A stretch of 64,000 nt of DNA. Origin: an uncultured Candidatus Rokubacteria bacterium (GTDB taxonomy: Bacteria > Methylomirabilota > Methylomirabilia > Rokubacteriales > CSP1-6). The translations under genes were made by a program, and so were the position numbers. Shown here in pieces: positions 18,311 to 26,619 of this stretch (positions within the stretch are counted from its first letter, which is position 1; each line of letters starts with the position of its first letter). The DNA lies in contig CAVYTA010000005.1 of NCBI GenBank assembly GCA_963771355.1, forward strand, positions 672,001-736,000, in the 5' to 3' direction. Below the pieces are notes generated by a model. It did not search any database and was not told the origin of the DNA. It was given only the letters and a program-made list of their open reading frames with translations.

Positions 18311-19780
18311 GTGGTCCGCGTCACCCGCTCGGCCGTGATCGACGCACCCATCGGACGCGTCTGGGCGGTGCTGCGCGACTTCAATAGCCATACCGCGTGG
18401 CATCCGGCGGTGGCCGAGTCCGAGATCGAGGGGGGCGATCCCCCGGATCAGGTGGGCTGCGTGCGCCGCTTCACCCTCCGGGACGGCCACCTCATCCGCG
18501 AGCAACTCCTGGGACTGTCCGACCAGGAGCACGTCTCCACCTACTGCATCCTCGACGCTACCCTGCCCATGCGGCGCTACGTGGCCACCGTCCAGCTCAA
18601 GCGGGTGACCGACGGCGACCGCACCTTCTGGCACTGGCAGTCCACCTTCGACGTGCCCCGCGGCCGGGAGCGGGAGTTCGAAGATCTCGTCGGCGTCGGC
18701 GTCTACGAGGGCGGCTTCGAGGGCCTGCGCGCGTATCTCCGTCGAGGAAACGATCAGCGCCGCACCGGATCGCCCGCGCATGCGTCGGGCGCATCCGGCG
18801 CTCTGCCCTCCCACGGCATCATCGTCTCCCGCTTCGGCGGCCCCGAAGTCTTGCAGCATCAACCGCTCTCCGCGCCGGCTCCCGGGCCCGGCGAGGTGCG
18901 CATTCGCCAGACCGCCGTCGGTGTCAACTACATCGACGTGTACGTGCGCGCCGGGCACTATCGCATGCTCGAGCCGCCGGCGCCCCTGGGCATGGAGGCG
19001 GCGGGCGAGGTGGTGGACGTCGGCGACGGCGTGCCGCACCTTCTGCCCGGCGACCGCGTGGCCTATGCCTGCCCCCCGCCCGGCGCCTATGTGAGCGTGC
19101 GCACCATGGCCGCCGCCCAGGTGGTGGTGCTGCCGGATCACGTCGGCGATGAGACGGCCGCCGCGGTGATGCTCAAGGGGATGACCGCCGAGTATCTGCT
19201 GCATCGGACGCATCGCGTGCGCGCGGGCGACACCGTGCTGGTGCACGCAGCCGCGGGCGGTGTCGGGCTCTTCCTGTGCCAGTGGGCACGCGCCCTGGGC
19301 GCGCAGGTGCTCGGCACGGTCTCCACCGAGGACAAGGCGCGGCGGGCGCGCGACCACGGCTGCGAGGCGCCCATCGTCACGCGGGATCACCGCTTCGCGC
19401 GCGCGGTGCGGGAGGCCACCGGCGGCCGCGGCGCCGACGTGATCTTCGACGGCCTCGGCCGCGCCGCCGCGGAGGAGAACCTGGAGGCCCTCGCCCTCTG
19501 CGGTCACTGGGTGAGCTACGGCCAGGCCACCGGGCCGCTGGAGGCGATCGCTGCCGAGCGGCTCAGCGCCAAGTCAGCGACCTTGAGCCGCCCCGTCCTC
19601 TTCCACTACACGGCCCAGCGCCCGGCGCTCGCCGAGATCGCGGACCGGGTCTTCACCGCGCTTCGCGACGGCGTGCTCCGTGTCGAGGTGCGCCATCGCT
19701 ACCCGCTCGCCGCCGCCGCGGAGGCGCACCGTGATCTCGAGGCCCGGCGAACCACGGGCCCGCTGCTGCTGCTGCCGTAG
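18311..19780 (+). CDS. Fusion of an SRPBCC domain and an NADPH:quinone oxidoreductase (Qor/zeta-crystallin MDR) domain
   Basis: N-terminal ~145 aa parallel 17863-18300. C-terminal GGPEVL, GVNYID, GMEAAG, MLKGMTA.YLL, HAAAGGVG, AHRDLEARRTTG. Confidence 0.88.
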   Translation: MVRVTRSAVIDAPIGRVWAVLRDFNSHTAWHPAVAESEIEGGDPPDQVGCVRRFTLRDGHLIREQLLGLSDQEHVSTYCILDATLPMRRYVATVQLKRVTDGDRTFWHWQSTFDVPRGREREFEDLVGVGVYEGGFEGLRAYLRRGNDQRRTGSPAHASGASGALPSHGIIVSRFGGPEVLQHQPLSAPAPGPGEVRIRQTAVGVNYIDVYVRAGHYRMLEPPAPLGMEAAGEVVDVGDGVPHLLPGDRVAYACPPPGAYVSVRTMAAAQVVVLPDHVGDETAAAVMLKGMTAEYLLHRTHRVRAGDTVLVHAAAGGVGLFLCQWARALGAQVLGTVSTEDKARRARDHGCEAPIVTRDHRFARAVREATGGRGADVIFDGLGRAAAEENLEALALCGHWVSYGQATGPLEAIAAERLSAKSATLSRPVLFHYTAQRPALAEIADRVFTALRDGVLRVEVRHRYPLAAAAEAHRDLEARRTTGPLLLLP

Positions 19781-19794
19781 CGTGTCGGCCCGCG

Positions 19795-20109
19795 CTACGG
19801 TGATCGGGTCGAGGGGCCGGGACCAGGGGCCCGTACGTCGAGCGTGTTCACGACCCGACGGACGCCCCCCACGGTCCGCGCCACGCTCTCCGCCCGCGTC
19901 TTCTGCTCGACCGACACGACGTCGCCGGTCAGGTACACCACCGACTGCCGGCTCAACACGCCGAGCCGGGTGAGGTTGGCGTCCTTCTCGGCCACGAGGC
20001 GAGCCTTCACCTCACTCTCGATCCGGGCATCCTGCCAGGGATCGACGGTGGCGCAGGCGCCGACGGCGACAACCAGACAGACGAGGAAGAGCGAGGTGCG
20101 CCGGTCCAT
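19795..20109 (-). CDS. BON domain lipoprotein
   Basis: Lipobox VGAC, DARIESEVKARL, VYLTG, AESVARTVGGVRRVVNTL. Confidence 0.88.
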   Translation of the reverse strand: MDRRTSLFLVCLVVAVGACATVDPWQDARIESEVKARLVAEKDANLTRLGVLSRQSVVYLTGDVVSVEQKTRAESVARTVGGVRRVVNTLDVRAPGPGPSTRSP

Positions 20110-20110
20110 C

Positions 20111-23100
20111 TCAGTTCAGCGCGGGGCGGCCGTCCGGCCCGGCTTGCCCGAGGAGTCGACGAAGCAACCCGGGACGCCCCGGCGGGCCCGGATTCTCCGG
20201 CTCGACCAGGTCCACCTTGACCTGACCTTCCGCGCTCTCCGCCGTGGAGAGGGCGGCTATCTTCAGTCGCCCGCCGTCGCCGCCGGCCTTCTTGATCCCT
20301 TCGCGCACCGCTTCGAGGCGCCGGGCAGCGAGGTCGGCGAGCTCCGTCTTCGACAGGCCTTTGTCTCCGACGCCGGTGTCGGCGAGTCCCGCGCGTGGCT
20401 CCTCCGCCCCCTCCGTCACGGACTGCGGCGAGGTCTTCCGCGCGCGGCCGGCCGCGGGCTCCCGCGCCTTCTCTTCGAGCGCTGCGCGGTCCCGCGAGGA
20501 CACCACCGGCATGAGGGACAGCCGCACCGCGGGCACCTGCTCGAGAAAGGCCGCCAGCCGGGCCACTTGCTCCTGGGCCTCCGCCGCCAGTGTGGCCGAG
20601 CCCGGCGCGAATGGGATGGGGTCGACCTCCACCCGCTGGATCCGCGAATCCGACCCGACCTGCACGCGGCCGATCCAGCTCACCGGCGCCGTGATCGCCT
20701 TGACGGCCACGTTCCGCACCGTGCTCCAGAGAGCCTCGCTCATGTCGAAGCGTGGATCGCTCAGCCGTCCCCCCACCGGCAGCGACAGCCGGATATCGCC
20801 GCGGCGATCCTTCATCAGCGCGACGATCATGCCGAGGGGCAGTCCGATGCGCGCCTGCGCCCCGTCGCCGCCGCCCGCCCGCGCCACCTCGAGCTGACTG
20901 AGCAGGATGTCCGTCTTCGCGTCGAGGACATCGCCGTCGATCCGGCAGCTCACGCTCGTGGTCAGCCGTCCCCCCCGCGCCTCCCAGGCCACCTGCTGCA
21001 CGAGGTACGGGTTCGTGCGCGGCACCGCGAAGCCCCGGAGCTCCGCGTTCATGTCGAGACGGAGGGGGCCCCCCAGCGAGCCCACGGTCCCGCGGAGGGC
21101 GAGATCGGAGTCGGCGCCGACGCGCCCCGTCATGTCCAGGCGGGCGGGTTTGGCCCTGGGGTCCGTCGAGAGCCCGTCGATGCGCCCCGACAGCCGCTGC
21201 GTGTCGAGCGCAATCGGCGGCGCGACGCGATGGTCGACGGTCCGGGCGCCCCCGTCCGCGACGACGAGATGGTCGACCGTGATGGGGACGGTCGAGCCGC
21301 CGCTCGATGCCGGCAGCGGACGGATGGGCGCCGACGCACTCGGGGCGGAGCCGCCGGGCCCGGACCCGTCCGGTGCGCGCGGCGAGAGCAGCGCGCGCAG
21401 GGTCAGGGCTCCGCCCTGGTCCCGCTCGAGCAGGACCCAGGGCCGCTGCAAGGTCACGTCGCGGACGGCCACGCGCCGGGGCCAGTCGATGTCGACGCCG
21501 GTCGCCTGCGCCCGCTCCACTCGCATCACCGTGCGCTCGCCATCACGGACGTCGATCAACGATGCTGCGGCGCGTCCCCGCACGGTAGCCCGTCCCTCCG
21601 CCACGGGTGGCAGCGCCACGGCGAGGTCGAAGTGCACGCGGCCGCCGATCCTCGCCGGCAGGGGAGCATAGGCCTGATAGGGCGCGAGATCAGCGTCGTT
21701 GCCGGTCACCCGCCCCTCCGCGGTGATCGGATCGACACCCACCCGGCCGTCGAACTCGACCCGGCCGCCGCCCGGCGGGCGCACCCCCATCCGGACGCCC
21801 AGCGGGCCATGGAGGGGCCAGGCCACCCCGGTGACCTTGGCCTCGAGGCCCGCGAACTCGAGAGCGACGTCCGGCTTGACCGCGCGATCGCGCCACACGA
21901 GGCCGCCGTCCTTCACGAGGATCTCGCCGACGGCCAGCGCGAGCGGGGCCGCGGGGGCTGCGGGCGGCGCGCCCGCGGCCCCGGGCTCGGCCTGACCTGG
22001 CAGGCCCGACGGCAGGGCGATGCCCCCGGTGCTGTCCCGCTCGATCGTGCCCCGGGGCCCGGTGATGACGAGCTGCCGTGCGGCGAGCCGCGAGGGCCAG
22101 TCCACCTCGATCCCCTTCGCTTCCACCCGTCGGGCCCGCAGCAGCTCCCCGCGCGCATCCTTGACCCCGAGCTGATTGACCGCGATCGCGCCTTGCACAT
22201 GGCTCGGCACCGCGGGAACGAGGGGCTCGTCGATTTGCAGATTGGCTTCCACGAGGCCCTCGACGCGGAGGGGGCTCGGCGCGAGGCTCGCCCACTTGCC
22301 GAGATCGACGCGCTCGAGCCGCAGGCGAAGCTGGCTGGCGGCGGGGGGCGGGCTCAGCTGGCCGGTGAGATTCAGCAGGCCCCCGCCCGGGACGCTGCTC
22401 CGGACGTCCACGCGGCCGGGCCGGACCACCGGCCACGTGACGTCGGCGATACTGGCCCGCAGCGTCGACACCTGGAAGCGGCCGCCGCCGCGCGCGCTCG
22501 GGTCCTTGACGCTCGCCGAGCCCGCGAGCTCGAAGCGGCCGACCTGGAGCTTCTCGTCCTGGAACTGGAAGTCGGCGAGCTCCACGGTGAGCTCGGGCAC
22601 GAGCGCGACGGGGTCGCGCTCCCCCCGCCTCACCAGCACGACGTCTTCGAGCGCGCCCGTGACGTTCGCCCGCAAACCCGCCCGCGCGTCGAGCGCGACC
22701 TGGAGGGTCGAGCTCGCCCGTCCTTGCTCCAGCACGACCGCCGCGTCGCGCGGGAAGTAGAGGCGGGCGAGCGAGAGGTCGAGCCCCGAGGTCGTCACCG
22801 CGGCCTCGAGGTGAATGGGATAGAGCCGCACGTGCCGCATCTCGAGCAAGACCGGTGCGCCCACCGTCACGGACCGCGCCACCGCGCGCCCGTCACCGCG
22901 GCGGGTCGAGAGGTTGTGGGCGTCGATCTCGATGTTCTCCGAGTACCACGTGCGGGGCTCGGCCAGGGCCCGGTCCTCGAGCGCGACGGTGCCCTTCGTG
23001 ACGACGAGGCGGTCCACGGTGACGTCGAGCGTGCGGCCGCTTCCGCCCGAGGTCGGGATCAGATCCGAGATGTTGAAGCCCTCGGCGAATCGGATGATGC

Positions 23101-23452
23101 GCACGGTCGAGCCCTCGAGCGTCACCTCGCGGATCCAGAGGTGCCCGCGCAAGAGGGAGAGGGGGCGAATGCGGACGTCGAGGCGGTCGAAATCGGTGAA
23201 CGGGGTTTTGCCGTCCGGCTCCTGGAGGCGGAACCCGCGCACGACCAGCCGTCCCGTGAATGGATTGAGCGAGACGGCATCGATGCTGACGGAGCGGTGG
23301 GTCCTCGACTCGATCTGCGCGATCAATAGGTTCCGTACCAGCGCCGGGGATGCGTAGAAGGCGGTCACGCCGGAGGCGAGCGCCAGGATCGCGCACGCGA
23401 CGACGATGATCCACCGGCCCGAGCCAAGCGCTTTCATTCGGAGTCTAGGCAT
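20111..23452 (-). CDS. DUF748 (AsmA-like) large envelope protein with a C-terminal OmpA-like segment
   Basis: GAGGGG RBS then ATG 23452; N-terminal TM anchor; VSLNPFTG, FNISDL; three repeats of 'V..L.V..G....DR...P'; LPLGMIVALMKDRRGDIRLSLPVGGRLSDPRF; IPFAPGSATL. Confidence 0.85.
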   Translation of the reverse strand: MPRLRMKALGSGRWIIVVACAILALASGVTAFYASPALVRNLLIAQIESRTHRSVSIDAVSLNPFTGRLVVRGFRLQEPDGKTPFTDFDRLDVRIRPLSLLRGHLWIREVTLEGSTVRIIRFAEGFNISDLIPTSGGSGRTLDVTVDRLVVTKGTVALEDRALAEPRTWYSENIEIDAHNLSTRRGDGRAVARSVTVGAPVLLEMRHVRLYPIHLEAAVTTSGLDLSLARLYFPRDAAVVLEQGRASSTLQVALDARAGLRANVTGALEDVVLVRRGERDPVALVPELTVELADFQFQDEKLQVGRFELAGSASVKDPSARGGGRFQVSTLRASIADVTWPVVRPGRVDVRSSVPGGGLLNLTGQLSPPPAASQLRLRLERVDLGKWASLAPSPLRVEGLVEANLQIDEPLVPAVPSHVQGAIAVNQLGVKDARGELLRARRVEAKGIEVDWPSRLAARQLVITGPRGTIERDSTGGIALPSGLPGQAEPGAAGAPPAAPAAPLALAVGEILVKDGGLVWRDRAVKPDVALEFAGLEAKVTGVAWPLHGPLGVRMGVRPPGGGRVEFDGRVGVDPITAEGRVTGNDADLAPYQAYAPLPARIGGRVHFDLAVALPPVAEGRATVRGRAAASLIDVRDGERTVMRVERAQATGVDIDWPRRVAVRDVTLQRPWVLLERDQGGALTLRALLSPRAPDGSGPGGSAPSASAPIRPLPASSGGSTVPITVDHLVVADGGARTVDHRVAPPIALDTQRLSGRIDGLSTDPRAKPARLDMTGRVGADSDLALRGTVGSLGGPLRLDMNAELRGFAVPRTNPYLVQQVAWEARGGRLTTSVSCRIDGDVLDAKTDILLSQLEVARAGGGDGAQARIGLPLGMIVALMKDRRGDIRLSLPVGGRLSDPRFDMSEALWSTVRNVAVKAITAPVSWIGRVQVGSDSRIQRVEVDPIPFAPGSATLAAEAQEQVARLAAFLEQVPAVRLSLMPVVSSRDRAALEEKAREPAAGRARKTSPQSVTEGAEEPRAGLADTGVGDKGLSKTELADLAARRLEAVREGIKKAGGDGGRLKIAALSTAESAEGQVKVDLVEPENPGPPGRPGLLRRLLGQAGPDGRPALN

Positions 23453-23472
23453 GTGGAGGTCCCCCCTCAAGG

Positions 23473-23505
23473 GAACGCATCACCCTGTGGAACGCATCAC
23501 CTGTG
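23473..23505. repeat. Tandem direct repeat, 2 copies (17 and 16 bp)
   Basis: GAACGCATCACCCTGTG / GAACGCATCACCTGTG. Confidence 0.7.
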
Positions 23506-23508
23506 CCA
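23494..23508 (-). promoter_or_regulatory. Putative sigma54 (-24/-12) promoter for DUF748-BON
   Basis: Minus strand TGGCACAGGTGATGC (GG-N10-GC), about 40 nt upstream of the ATG. Confidence 0.6.
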
Positions 23509-23687
23509 GCGTCGGCCCGGCGAATCGGCGGCTCCAAGCGGCCATTTTCGGGCCCGCGCGGCGGGCCGGGGGGCCATCGAGCGGGTACGAATTGCCAGCC
23601 CTGTGTAGAAGCTACCGGGAGAGATTGACGGGCCGTACGAGCTGCGCCCGATGGGATGGTGCTTTAGGTGAAACCTGTGGTCCGCGG

Positions 23688-24410
23688 CTAGACGCCCAGG
23701 AAGCGCTGCTGGATGGCGGGGTCGGCGCGCAATGCCTCGGGCGTCCCCTCGAACTGGATACGGCCCTGGTCCATGACGTAGAGCCGGTGGGAGAGCGCGA
23801 GCGCGACCTCGAGGATCTGCTCGACCAGCAGGATGGTGGTGCCGCGACGGTTGATCTCGCGCAGGATCTTGGTGAGGCTCTCCACGATGATGGGTGAGAG
23901 CCCTTCGGTCGGCTCGTCCACCAGCATGAGCTTGGGGCTCGCCACGAGCCCCCGTGCGATGGCCAGCATCTGCTGCTCGCCGCCGGAAAGGCTCTTGCCC
24001 TTCTGGGCCAGACGCTCGCGCAGGCGCGGGAAGTGGCCCAGCACCTCCTCCGTCACCGCATCGCCGTCGTTTCTGGAGCCGCCCGCGCCCAGCCGGCCCA
24101 GCCGGAGGTTCTCCTCCACGCTGAGGTTCGGAAGGATGCGGCGCTCCTCCGGCACGTAGGCAATCCCACGTTGAGCGATCGTGTGCGTGGGGAGACCGGC
24201 CAGCTCGAAGCCGTCGAAGGTGACGTGTCCGCCGCGCGGCGCCACGATGCCCATGATGCTGCGAAGGGTGGTGGTCTTGCCGGCGCCGTTGCGGCCGATG
24301 AGGGTCACCACCTCGCCGGCTTGTACGGCCAGCGACACGCCCTGGAGGATATGCGCCTCGCCGTAGTAGGCGTGCAGGTCCTGAATCGCGAGTAGCGGGC
24401 CGGCGGTCAC
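23688..24410 (-). CDS. HAAT ABC ATP-binding protein, LivF-type
   Basis: [30 protein letters not shown]. Confidence 0.92.
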   Translation of the reverse strand: MTAGPLLAIQDLHAYYGEAHILQGVSLAVQAGEVVTLIGRNGAGKTTTLRSIMGIVAPRGGHVTFDGFELAGLPTHTIAQRGIAYVPEERRILPNLSVEENLRLGRLGAGGSRNDGDAVTEEVLGHFPRLRERLAQKGKSLSGGEQQMLAIARGLVASPKLMLVDEPTEGLSPIIVESLTKILREINRRGTTILLVEQILEVALALSHRLYVMDQGRIQFEGTPEALRADPAIQQRFLGV

Positions 24411-25153
24411 TTGTTCACCCCGAGATAGGTCTGCTGGACGAGGGCATTGGCGCGGATCTCGGCGGGCGAACCCTCGGCGAGCACCTGGCCCTGGTGGAGC
24501 ACGGTGATCTTGTCCGAGATGTTCATGACCACCTTCATCTTGTGCTCGACGAGGATGACCGTGCGCCCGGCGGCGATCCGACGGATCAGCAGGATCGTCT
24601 CGTCCGTCTCCTCGGGGCTCATGCCCGCGGTGGGCTCGTCGAGCAGGAGCAGGCTCGGCTCGGTGGCGAGCGCGATGCCCAGCTCGAGGTGGCGCTTCTC
24701 CCCGTGGGAGAGATTGGCGGCCAGCAGCTCCGCTTTCTCCGCGAGCGCGACCTCGCGCAGGATGCCGGCCGCCTTGTCGCGCACCCCGGCGAGGTCGGAC
24801 GCACGGGACCAGAAGTTGAACGAGTAGCGGTAGGACTGCACCGCCACCCGCACGTTTTCGAGGACGGAGAGGTGGGGGAACACGTTGGTGATCTGGTAGG
24901 ACTTGGACACCCCGAGCCGCGACACGCGATGCTGCGGCATGCCCGTCACGTCCTGGCCCTTGAAGACGATACGGCCCTCGGAAGGCACCATCTCGCCCGA
25001 GATGAGGCGGAAGAAGGTGGTCTTGCCCGCGCCGTTGGGGCCGATGATGGCGCGCAGCTCACCCGCGCCCACGGCGAAGTCCACCTGGTTGACCGCGGCC
25101 AGGCTGCCGAAGCTCCGGCTGAGCTTCGTCGTCTCGAGAATGAGGTCCGACAT
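24407..25153 (-). CDS. HAAT ABC ATP-binding protein, LivG-type
   Basis: [34 protein letters not shown] 25153. Confidence 0.92.
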   Translation of the reverse strand: MSDLILETTKLSRSFGSLAAVNQVDFAVGAGELRAIIGPNGAGKTTFFRLISGEMVPSEGRIVFKGQDVTGMPQHRVSRLGVSKSYQITNVFPHLSVLENVRVAVQSYRYSFNFWSRASDLAGVRDKAAGILREVALAEKAELLAANLSHGEKRHLELGIALATEPSLLLLDEPTAGMSPEETDETILLIRRIAAGRTVILVEHKMKVVMNISDKITVLHQGQVLAEGSPAEIRANALVQQTYLGVNK

Positions 25154-25170
25154 GGGGGGAGTCGCGCCGT

Positions 25171-25200
25171 AACATAGCAAGCCGTTTTTCCGGGTGTCAA
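25171..25200 (-). promoter_or_regulatory. sigma70-type promoter for the livG-livF pair
   Basis: Minus strand TTGACA, 18 nt ending TGC, TATGTT (extended -10). Confidence 0.65.
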
Positions 25201-25227
25201 GGTAGACTTCCCCCCGGTGCCGTTCCG

Positions 25228-26088
25228 ATGAAGCCCGCGCCCTTCGCCTATCACCGTCCCGCCACGCTCGACGAGGCCTTCCATCTGCTCGAGCGCTACG
25301 GGAGCGACGCGCGGCTCCTCGCGGGCGGTCAGAGCCTGGTGCCCGCGCTCAACATGCGGCTGGCCACGCCGGCGGCCCTGGTGGACATCAACCGTCTTCC
25401 CGGTCTCGACGGCATCGCCGTCGCTCCGGAGGGACTCACGATCGGTGCCCTCGCCCGTCAGGAGGCGGTGCTCCGGTCCCCGCTGGTGGCGCGGCACGCC
25501 CCCCTGGTGGCGCAGGCGATGCCGCACGTCGCGCATCTGGCGCTCCGCACCCGCGGCACCGTGGGCGGCAGCCTGGCTCAGGCCGATCCTGCGGCCGAGC
25601 TGCCTGCCTGCGCGGTGGCGCTGGAGGCGGTGCTCCGCGTGGCCCGCCGGGACGCCGCGCGCGAGATTCCCGCCGCGCGCTTCTACCTTGGCATCTACAC
25701 CACCGCGCTCGAGCCCGGCGAGATCCTCACCGGCGTGGTGATCCCTCCGCTCGGTGCAGGCTGGCGCTCCCACTTCGGGGAGCTGGCCCGTCGCCACGGC
25801 GACTATGCCCTCGTCGCGCTCGCCGCGCATGCCCGGATCGCCGACGGCGCCATTGCGGAGGCCCGCCTGGTCTTCGCGGGGGTCGGCCTCACGCCGGTGC
25901 GTGCCGGACGTGCGGAGGCCGCGGTGAGCGGCCGCCGGCCCGACGCCGCCGTGCTCGCGGAGGCCGGGCGCGCGCTCGACGCCGACCTGGATCCGCCCCC
26001 GGACGTTCACGCCAGCGCGGCGCTGCGCCGCCAGCTCGCGCGCGTCCTGCTGAGCCGCGCCCTGGCCGCGCTCACCGCCGGCGGCTAG
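25228..26088 (+). CDS. Xanthine dehydrogenase/CoxM-family FAD-binding subunit
   Basis: MKPAPFAYHRP, LAGGQSLVP.LNMRL, RTRGTVGGS, ARRHGDYA. Confidence 0.92.
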   Translation: MKPAPFAYHRPATLDEAFHLLERYGSDARLLAGGQSLVPALNMRLATPAALVDINRLPGLDGIAVAPEGLTIGALARQEAVLRSPLVARHAPLVAQAMPHVAHLALRTRGTVGGSLAQADPAAELPACAVALEAVLRVARRDAAREIPAARFYLGIYTTALEPGEILTGVVIPPLGAGWRSHFGELARRHGDYALVALAAHARIADGAIAEARLVFAGVGLTPVRAGRAEAAVSGRRPDAAVLAEAGRALDADLDPPPDVHASAALRRQLARVLLSRALAALTAGG

Positions 26089-26103
26089 CCGGAGGAGGAG
26101 ACC

Positions 26104-26619
26104 CTGGACACCACCCTCGAGATCGCGCTGACCGTGAACGGCGAGGCGGTGCGGCGCCGCGTCGAGCCACGGAAGAGCCTCGTCGATTTCCTCCGGGAAG
26201 ACCTCGAGCTCACCGGCTCGCACGTGGGCTGCGAGCAAGGCGTGTGCGGCGCCTGCACCGTGCGCGTGGACGGCGCGCTCGCGCGGGGCTGCCTCACCCT
26301 GGCCGTCCAGTGCGACGGGGCTGCCGTCGAGACCATCGAGGGCGTGGCCGCATCGGGCGAGATCGCCGATCTCCAGGCGGCCTTCGCGGCGGCCAACGCG
26401 CTGCAGTGCGGCTTCTGCACCCCCGCGATGCTGCTGACCGCGCACGAGCTCCTGCGCGCGAACCCCGCGCCGAGCGGCGCTGCGATCCGCGTGGGCCTGT
26501 CCGGGAACTACTGCCGCTGCACCGGCTATCACGCCATCGTGGAGGCCATCCTGGCGACCGCCACCACGCGGGCCGCCACCCATCCGGTCGAGCAGACACC
26601 CCGATCAGCGAAGGCATGA
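26104..26619 (+). CDS. CoxS-family 2x[2Fe-2S] subunit (probable CTG start at 26104; GTG 26134 alternative)
   Basis: GCEQGVCGACTV, QCGFCTP, GNYCRCTGY. Strong GGAGGAGGAG RBS directly before the in-frame CTG. Confidence 0.9.
   Translation: MDTTLEIALTVNGEAVRRRVEPRKSLVDFLREDLELTGSHVGCEQGVCGACTVRVDGALARGCLTLAVQCDGAAVETIEGVAASGEIADLQAAFAAANALQCGFCTPAMLLTAHELLRANPAPSGAAIRVGLSGNYCRCTGYHAIVEAILATATTRAATHPVEQTPRSAKA

Noticed and set aside
19844..23329. 1161-aa plus-strand ORF
   Set aside because: Antisense shadow of the DUF748 gene; Arg/Gly/Ala-rich with no motifs, typical of high-GC DNA.
23473..23505. Direct repeat as a CRISPR remnant or att site
   Set aside because: Only two adjacent copies, with no spacer and no cas or integrase gene.
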